This document shows positions 55,375 to 64,000 of a stretch of 64,000 nucleotides of DNA, piece by piece. The stretch comes from Squalus acanthias (taxonomy: Eukaryota), in the NCBI GenBank assembly GCA_030390025.1, contig CM059431.1, forward strand, positions 100,256,001-100,320,000, given 5' to 3'. The first letter of the stretch is position 1. Each line of letters begins with the position of its first letter. The notes below the pieces were generated by a model. The model was not told the origin of the DNA and did no database searches. It saw only the letters and a list, made by a program, of their open reading frames with translations. The translations under genes and the position numbers were made by a program.

Positions 55375-56275
55375 AAAAAAAGACTTGCATTTATATAGCA
55401 CCTTTCATGACCTCAGGATGTCCCAATAAAGTAATGTAGGAAACACAGTAGCAAATATGCGCAGAGCAAGATCCCACAAACAGCAATGTGATGAAGACCA
55501 AACAATCTGTTTTTCTAGTGATGTTGGTTGAGGGATAAATATTGGCCCAGGTCACCTCCCCTGCTCTTCTTCAAAATAGTGCCGTGGGATCTTTTACACC
55601 CACATGAGCAGAGCAGACGGGGCCTCGGGTTTAATGTCTTATCCAAAAGACAGCACCTCCAACAGTGCAGCGCTCCCTCAGTACTGCCCCTCCGACAATG
55701 CGGCGCTCCCTCAGTACTGCCCCTCCGACAGTGCAGCGCTCCCTCAGAAATGCCCCTCCGACAGTGCAGCGCTCCCTCAGTACTGCCCCTCCGACAGTGC
55801 AGCGCCCCCTCAGTACTGCCCCTCCAACAGTGCGGCTCTCCCTCAGTACCGCCCCTCAGACAGTGCAGCGCTCCCTCAGTACTGCCCCTCCGACAGTGAA
55901 GCGCTCCTTCAGTACTGCCCCTCCAACAGTGCGGCGCTCCCTCAGTACTGCCCCTCCGACAGTGCAGCACTCCCTCAGTACTGCCCCTCCAACAATGCAG
56001 CGCTCCCTCAGTACTGCCCCTCCGACAGTGCGGCGCTCCCTCAGTACTGCCCCTCCAACAATGCAGCGCTCCCTCAGTACTGCCCCTCCGACGGTGCAGC
56101 ATTCCCTCAGTACCGCCCCTCCGACAGTGAGGCGCTCCCTCAGTACTGCCCCTCCGACAGTGCAGCGCTCCCTCAGTACGACGCTGGAAGCGTTAGCCTG
56201 GATTTTGTGCTTGAGTCTCTTGATGGGGGATTTGAACCCACAACCTTTGTCCTTGGAGGCGAGAGTGCTACCCAC
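55375..56275 (-). mobile_element. DeuSINE body with 33-bp array (about 15 units); its 5' tip is displaced to 62925-62956 by the Tx1 insertion
   Basis: GAGAGTGCTACCCAC resumes as GAGTGTGCTACCCACTGAGCCACAGCTGACAC at 62925. Confidence 0.88.
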
Positions 56276-56409
56276 TTTTTTTTTAAATTATATGAGTTAT
56301 TGAACATAAAGAACATTTACAACATCGTGATCATTCCATTTTTTCATTCAAATCCATTCCGCTGCTCTGCACAGCCATTCCTCCACCATATATTATCAAA
56401 ACCTGAAGT

Positions 56410-59400
56410 TTAATTTGTCTCCCATAACATATTAATCGATTGTACTTTAAAAATTGATCGTAAAATACTATCTTTAAATTCCTTTCTGAATTAAACATCC
56501 ACAGAGCCTTATAATCATCTTTTAGCTTATATTTAAAATACTCTTAGATTGATTCTCCTCCCCTTAAAACAGAGCATTCCTTCTTTGCACAATCATGAAT
56601 CTAGCCAAACTGAACATTGAAAGGGAGAAATTCGGTATCGCCCCGTTTGGGGCGCAATTATTGGCCGGGTGCAAAGTTTAGCGCCTGGCGCTAATTATCG
56701 CCTCCAACTGCAAACTTGGCTTCCATCGCCCCTGGAGGTGATTGGAGCGCTAAATCAGGCGCTACACACCTCTCGAGGCGCTAACGCCAAAGGAGCGAGG
56801 CGCTACCTCAGCGCTGGCGAAGCTCATGTGATGTCAGTTAGCAATGGAACACAGACACACTGGCGCCGGCCAGTTCTTAAAGGGGAGGGTCGATCTTGCT
56901 CTCCATCCACACCCTGCTCATTGCAGCCTTGAATCTCGGCCTGGACAGACCTGTACATCAATTCTGCTGGAAAGAACAATGGAGGCGCCCAGGGAAAGAG
57001 CTCAGAGTGCAGCCCCCAAAGTCTCTTCTAAATCGATGCAAGAAGGTCAAATCAAAATGAACCTGCAAAGTGCTGCTCAGTACCCAAAACTCCTTCACAC
57101 AGTGTTGAATCTCTCCAGAAGTGTCTCCCTCTCTCTCTCTGAATGCGTGGTGCAAAAATGTCGCCAACAAAAAAAGGCAGGAACGGCCGCCTTTAAATAG
57201 CGCTCCCCCAGTCCCTTCCTGACTGCAAAACGCTCCCCTCAACCTGTCGTTGCTAGCGGCAGGCGGTAAGGCAAGGGGCGCCACTCAATATCCGCTCCGG
57301 GGCGTTGTGCACTCGACTGACGTCACGATCTGCGGGCACAGGAGATCGTGGCGGTAGTGTTTAGCGCCGCCGCAAAATGTCTGGTCAATTTCGCGAGCGG
57401 TGCAAAAATCGCTGCACCCGGGCGCTAGCTGCTTTGCGCCCCATTAACTCCCTCTTAAGACGCTAACGGGAGGCACAAAGTAACCGAATTTTTCTCCCTA
57501 AATTAATTGCCGCTCCGCTAGACTTGGGGAGACTCTCCTGCAATCCCTATCTCAAAATTGAGTCCCACGGGATTCCCATTCTCGCTCTTCGATCCCCACC
57601 CAGCAAAAAAACCTCACACAACTGTAGAACAAAGTAATTAAAATCATTTAACTGCGGACATAACACCAGTAAATGGGACAGAGTCTCATCCTGTGTCCCA
57701 CACACTGGGCAAGTTGTCCCCTCCGCTCGTCCAATCTGACACAAGACTGTCATGGTAAAAATTCGGTTATGAGCCAATTTGAAATCCAGTTCAATTCACT
57801 CTGGACATTTTAAATTCGCCCACACTCCCTTCCAAATCCTGTTGAAATCCAGCTGTGGGTATATACTCTGCCAAAACTCCTGACCAGCAGGTGTCTTGAA
57901 TCTCCATTCTCTAAATACCTCATAGAAATCTCGAGTATTACAGTTGTCAAATTGGACCAACTCTCCCCCTTTCTCCAGCAGAAAGCTTGGAAAAGCGGGA
58001 TGCATTTTACTCCCTTTGGAGATTTCCGCATTTATTTCTTCCACCCAATCCTGTGGCATTGCCCTCACAATCTTCTCATACATGATCCCTGTTGCTTTTT
58101 CCTCTACCTCCTGATCCTCCTCCCACACCATGTCCCTCACTATCGCTTCTGGCAACCAACCTGGAATTACCTCGTATAATACATCTTTCACACATAGAAT
58201 ACAAGCTTTTATAAAAGCTTGATTAAATAATACCTCTCCTTCAATGTTGACCCACCTGTTCAAAAATAAGGGCTGTTCTAAAAATTCCTCAGCAACCTTG
58301 GGCATAAACTGCACACTTTTTAAAAATTGGGCCCAAGTCTCTACAACCCCTTTATAAAACCTAGGGAGAGGTTTAATCGATTTCAAAAACATATTATTGT
58401 ATTCCATATACAATATCCCCTGCCCTCCTATCCCACTTCGTTTCAAAAAATGCTCGAAACAACTCTTCCAAAAACTTGTATTTGACTTCTGAAGAAATCT
58501 CTTCACCCATTTGATTCTAAAGGATTTTTTCTTCAAATCAATATCTGGGAAATTGAGTCCTCCCTGATTTCTCCGTCCAATGATGGTATTGTAAGCAACC
58601 AAAGCTGGTTTCCCTTCCCATAAAAACCTCACACAAGCCTCTCGGATGGACTTTTCCGCCCACTCAGGAATATCCTCCACCGTCAATAAGTACCATAGCT
58701 TAGATAGCAGGAGAGTGGACACCACTGTCGCTCTTCCTTGCACTTTCAACCACCCTTCCCATCTTCCCAAAATCTTTTTAATTTTCATAACCTTTGGTTC
58801 CCAATTTAATCGATCCACTTCATCCCTGTTTTTCTTGCACCCCAGAACTTCCAAAACCTCCACCACCTTAAAGGGACTTTCCTCCAACCATTCCCCCCTA
58901 CCCCTTCCTGCAACCAGGCATTGGGACTTACTATAATTCACTCTGGCTCCTGAAGCTCTACAATACTCCTCCACTGCGTCCATAGCTTTCCTCACTGACT
59001 CCCCATTTCTCAATGTTAAGGTTGTGTCATCTGCATATTGGTGTATCACCGACACCAGCCCGGAACTGGGAACCGCAATCTCGACTACACTTTGTTCCTT
59101 TCGCATCATGTAACCTAATGGTTCTGCTACCAATGTGTACAACAATGGGGACAGGGGACAACTCTGTCTCACCTGACCTCTATCGGAAAATACTTGGATA
59201 AAAAACCATTACATTTAACACAGCTAAATATGTTTGAATAAAAAATCCTTATCCACTCAATGAAAGTTTTCCCGAAACCAAATGCTTCCAAAACCATCAA
59301 TAAAAACTCATGAGACCCCTATCAAAGGCTTTCTCTTGATCTATCTTTAATACATTAGCCTCCCTCCCACTCTCTTCCATGAGCTCTATCGCATCTCGGA

Positions 59401-61096
59401 TTGAGACCACAGAGTCTGCAATGTCCCGGCCTATGACTCCATAGGACTGAGGGCAAAACTATCTGTGGCATCACCTCCTTCATATAATTTGCCATAACCC
59501 TCACCAAGATCTTATAATCCACATTTAATGTGATGGGCCTCCAATTCTTCAGATCCCTTCTATCCCCTTTATTTTTATAAGCTAAGCTTATGACACCCCT
59601 CCTCATAGATGGGGCCAGGCTTCCCTCAATTTTAATTTCCTTAAAAATCTCTAAGAGCAATGGACTTAAAATCTCGAAAAATTCTTTATAATATTCTGCA
59701 CTGAGTCCATCGGACCCTGGGCTTTTCCCCCTCTTCATTACACTTATTGCAACTTTTATTTCCGCTAATCCTACTTCTTTGTCACACGTGCTTCTCTCAT
59801 CCTCCTTTAAACCCTCTTCAATAAAAGCACCAACCTTCTCCATCGTCAATTTGGAAATGTCTTCTTTTGTATATAACTCTTGATAAAAGCTGCCAGCCGC
59901 CTCTAAAATCTCCCCACTTTTATGAATGATCTTCTCCCCAACCTTCAACTCTCCAATTAATGTTACTCTCTGTCGCAGCTTCTCTTGCTCTAGAAAATAT
60001 CTCGTGCATCTTTCGCCCTCCAATGCATCTTTAGCCTTTGCACGGAGAATGGCCCCCTTGCATTTTTCAGCTTGCAATAATTCCCACTCTTCCTTTAAAA
60101 CCCAGAACTTAGTCTCAGCTCCCTTATCCCCTCAGTCAACTGCTTTACAGACATCCGTAAACCTTTTGTTTATATTCTCTTCTCGACGCCAGTTAGCTGC
60201 CGCTCTCTCTTTCCCATAACATACCGAAAAACTTTTACCTCATTTGAAATTGTCCCACCAAACATTTCTCTCTTTCAAGAACAAAGGTTCCTTCCGAGCA
60301 TTTTTTATTATATTTAAAATCCATTCTTTATAAGCAATTTCTTTCAGGTATTGATTGTTTAAAATCCACACCCCTGAACCGATCTTAACTCTGCTGTTCC
60401 TAATGCTATGAACCAAAGCCGAGTGGTCACTAAAAAATACTTTTTTTATAATAAATCTCCATCGCCTCAGAACTTAACCCTTCCCGCATTAACACAAAAT
60501 CTATTTGGCTCTGTTTTAAAACATCACCCACCCAACCTGTTCTGGAGAACTCCTTTTTTATGGGGTTCCGGTCCCTCCATAAGTCTCAAATTTAAATTTG
60601 CCATCATTTTTACAATCATCCCTCTGGAGTTATCATCCTTAAATGTCATCTGGGCTGAAATGTCCATCCGAGATAAAAATACGTTAAAATCCCTCCTATA
60701 CAAGGGTTTTCCACCTCTGCCACTTCAGTGAATAACCCCCGAAAAAACTTGCGACGCTTGCAATGGTCGTTCGGTGCATAGATATTAAAGAGATCGCAAT
60801 TAAATTCCTCCATTTTTACCCTTAGCCGTAAAAATCTCCCCTCAGTGTCCTTGTCCACCAAGGCAACGTTCTCTTTTATGGACGGACTCACCAAAACAGC
60901 CACCCCTCTACGGTTATTGTTTGCACAACTTGCAAACACCTCTCCCTTCCAAACCTTCCGAACTCTTTCTAGGATATCCTCATCCCAAAAGGTTTCTTGC
61001 AGACACAACAAGTCAGTGCCTTTAAAACTGCAACAACTGCTGCAATTTCTTCTCACCCCTCAGTCCGTTCACATTAATCGAGACCAATGTAATCAT
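56410..61096 (-). pseudogene. Tx1 ORF2 (AP endonuclease, reverse transcriptase, zinc finger), frameshifted and interrupted by a MITE
   Basis: Begins MITLVSINVNGL at 61096; DLLCLQET, NIYAPND, KSPGSDGL, NWRPITL, RQSCPLSPLLY, QYADD, CPVCGTQDETLSHLLVLC; 3' end approximate. Confidence 0.9.
56622..57499. mobile_element. Non-autonomous PIF/Harbinger-like element inserted in Tx1 ORF2
   Basis: TIRs AGGGAGAAATTCGGT / ACCGAATTTTTCTCCCT; closely similar along its length to 46757-47651. Confidence 0.8.
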
Positions 61097-61134
61097 GGCT
61101 CCGAATAAGGGAAGTATACCTGATAATCCTCCCA

Positions 61135-62786
61135 TCATTTAATCTCTGGCCCTTCCCTCCTCTCATGCTCCTTCCCAACTTTTCGGCCAGCTGTTGCTTT
61201 TTCCTGCAGCCTCTGGCTCTTTTTCACCTCCTGTTTGAACCTTCCCTGCTGTTTCAGCCTCTTCCTTGCATTAAGTTTGGGCCGAGGAGCTGCCCCTTCT
61301 CCCTCCTTCTGCCCCTCACTAACCTTTCCCTTTCCACACGATGCCACCCCACCCCCCCACTTCCATGTCTCTGTCCCCCTCTGACTCCTCACTCTCGAGC
61401 TCTTCTGTAACCTTCTGTTCCTGCTCCCCGTCAGATACATCATCTCCCATAGAGAGTCTTCCTGCTATCACGGTTTCTCCAACAGTGCCGCTCCCTTCGG
61501 CCTCATCTCCACCGCTGACCCTTGCTCCCTGATCCTTCTCTCTCTGGGACAATGGCACACCTATATTGCTCCCTTCTAGGGTCTTTGTCTCGCCGCTCCC
61601 GTCCTGCTGCCCCTTTAAGGCTCCTGCCTCTTGCACCCTCTCCTTGTCTTGCCTCCTCCTGCTCACCGAGATGTCCGACTCCCCATCTTTCTTTGGAGCA
61701 CTTACATTTACCACGCTCCCACCTCCTCTCCCCCCCGCGGACACCAGATTCTTTAGGGAGAGCTGAACCACATTATGGCTCGACTCTGCCCTCGATCCGT
61801 GCTGCCCGCTGCTGTCTTTGTCTTTTCCACCGTACTTGGTGTGTTTTCCACCATCTCCATCCTGTTCTCTGCTCCGCAATTTTCTGCCTCTTCCTGCGCT
61901 CTTTTCTCCTTCAATTCACCAGCTGTGTCCTCCGCCTGCTCCGCTCCTCCGGTCGTTCCACTCACACCTCCTGCTCCTTCTCCCATCTCCTCGTCACTCA
62001 AGGAGCTTCCTTCTGCCTCACACTCACAGTGGTCGGGGCCTTTGTGACACACCCCACAGCTCTCCACCTTGCAGCTCCGAGCGATGTGTCCAGACTCGCC
62101 GCAATTATGACAGTACAAGTCCGGACAGCTTCTTACAAGATGGTCATGTCCAAGACAATAATAACAAACCTTCACTTGGTTATCACGCAGTACCCGGAAG
62201 TACTGAACTCCTTCCATTGTCTCGAATTTCATGCTGTACGGTAATGACTTCACCCCCTCTGGGAACCGCACCTTTACGTAACGGGTTCCAGCTGCTACCC
62301 GTGTTCCTGGATAGTATCTCCTCTTTATTGCCGAGAAAATTTTAATGTCCCACGACTCCAACTTTTTGTTAGCACATCGTCCTCAATATAAACTGGCAAG
62401 TTTAAGAATGAGACCACCACCTCTTCCGAATATAGCAGAGATACCTCCAAGAACTTATCACCAACCTTCAAACTGAGTAAAAGTCTTTCCACTTCCTCTC
62501 GGCCACTGAGCGTCACCTCGAACCCAGCATTCGGCTTTGGTCGGCAGGCAAAGCAGCTTCCATCGCCACAGTCCTTATGTTCCGCCTGGATAATATCCCC
62601 AGCTCGTATCTCCTTATCCTCGCACTGAACCACCACCATGTTTTCTTTTCCAAACCTCCTGGGGTCCCAGCCCAAATCTTTGGGCCTTTGTTTCTCCCTT
62701 CCAACAACAGTTTCTCCCCTGATTAAATTCATCTTGGGAACACTGTCCTCTGAGTGGCCCGGCACTCCGGACCCCTCAGCAGCCAT
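61135..62786 (-). pseudogene. Tx1 ORF1, gag-like zinc-knuckle protein, frameshifted
   Basis: Split across ORFs 62325..62786, 61753..62361, 61319..61879 and 61135..61443; motifs GTRYVKVRFP, CYYCLGHDHLVRSC, CHNCGESGHIARSC. Confidence 0.85.
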
Positions 62787-64000
62787 CTGGCTGCTGTTTA
62801 AGGGCCAAAAAGGCCCTAAAACCTTGGGAAAAAAACCACCACCAACTTTTTACAAGCTCACTCCAACTCCCTGCAGTAATCAGGCAACCAGCAGCACCTG
62901 CTCACTCCTAGCCCCTCCCACCTAGAGTGTGCTACCCACTGAGCCACAGCTGACACCTCTATTTTGAATTATGGCAGAGTACATCATTAAGACCTGTAGG
63001 GTTTACATCTTAGCTGCAGTGCTAACCAGAAATCACTTGTTACTTGGTTAGTTGAGATTTAGTCCACCTGTGAGATAGAAATCCATTTCTCCTAATCCAC
63101 TGGTTTTTATAATATATTTTCAAGGAGAAAATCTTCAATTTCATTGGTATTAAAGCACCTCTCCTGGGAAATGTAATGCGATTGCAAAAAGACATTTTGG
63201 ATCTATGATACTATTAGACGATAGTTAACATGTTTATATGAATTTTATCTTGCTATGCTATTTTAACAATGACTATTAACTCATTTACAATGAATTGCAC
63301 AGCACAAATTCATCCCAGTTATATCAAACAGTCGCTGATTTACCTCCACAAATGGAAATCAACTCCATTACTCACCGATTATAACAGCACCATCATCCGC
63401 CACCATCAGCCTGCTGCGGACGGCAATACATCCGGGAAGCAGTTTGCCGTTCCAGGTCTGAATGTGTACCACAGGACGGAGATGGGTTTTTTCCCCCATT
63501 CACGGGATGTGGGCGTCGCTGGCAAGGCCAGCATTTATTGCCCATCCCTAATTGCCCTCGAGAAGGTGGTGGTGAGCTGCCTTCTTGAACCACTGCAGTC
63601 CGTGTACAGATACAGGAAAATAGAGGAAGAGATATTATAATATTTTGTTCACGGGATGCAAATATGCTCACGAATGACAACATTGGAACATAAGAAATAG
63701 GAGCAGGAGTCGGCCATATGGCCCTTCAAGCCTGCTCCGCCATTCAATAAGATCATGGCTGATCTTCAACCTCAACTCTACTTTCCCGCCCGATCCCCAG
63801 ATCCCTTGATTCCCCTGGAGTCCAAAAAGTGACACTTTAAAAGGATATTTTTTCAACCCCCACCAAGTAAAACACTTGATGTGTGTTGGTTAGCACTTAA
63901 AATAACTAGAGTTGGAGCAATGCCAGTGGCACAGTTGGTGGCACTCTTGCCTGAGTCTGAAGGTTCTGGGTTCATAAGCCCACTCCAGAGACCCGAGCAC

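Larger units (their letters stand above)
56276..62924 (-). mobile_element. Full-length but frameshifted Tx1-clade (L1 group) non-LTR retrotransposon
   Basis: ORF1 with CCHC knuckles, ORF2 with APE, RT and C-terminal zinc finger, short A tail at 56276-56284, 15-bp TSD (56261-56275 and 62925-62939, one mismatch). Confidence 0.9.

Noticed and set aside
55515..56413. Repetitive ORFs (SAALPQYCPSD, LSTAPPTVRRS) here and at the other SINE arrays
   Set aside because: Translation of the 33-bp SINE VNTR; not genes.

Overview
Vertebrate genomic DNA, almost certainly from a cartilaginous fish (shark-type CR1/HER1 LINEs, an HE1 V-SINE, and SacSINE1-like DeuSINEs). The only host gene is the 3' part of NALCN (sodium leak channel) on the + strand: 11 GT-AG coding exons from 3603 to the TAA at 36648. 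They total 1452 nt (483 aa plus stop) and cover most of domain IV, the TGEDW filter residue and the C-terminal tail. Nearly everything else is transposon-derived: CR1 and L2 fragments, three SINE families each sharing a 3' tail with a LINE in the window, Penelope-like ends carrying minimal hammerhead ribozyme motifs, PIF/Harbinger-like elements, hAT-like MITEs and three TE-born minisatellites. The most notable observations are (1) a full-length, frameshifted Tx1-clade retrotransposon inserted with a 15-bp TSD in the tRNA-like A-box region of a SINE, and (2) a perfect 167-bp palindrome made of two hammerhead-bearing Penelope ends about 110 nt upstream of a NALCN exon. I found no clearly new biological system. 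Exon coordinates were counted exactly; most repeat boundaries are approximate, and family names come from recall, not database searches.
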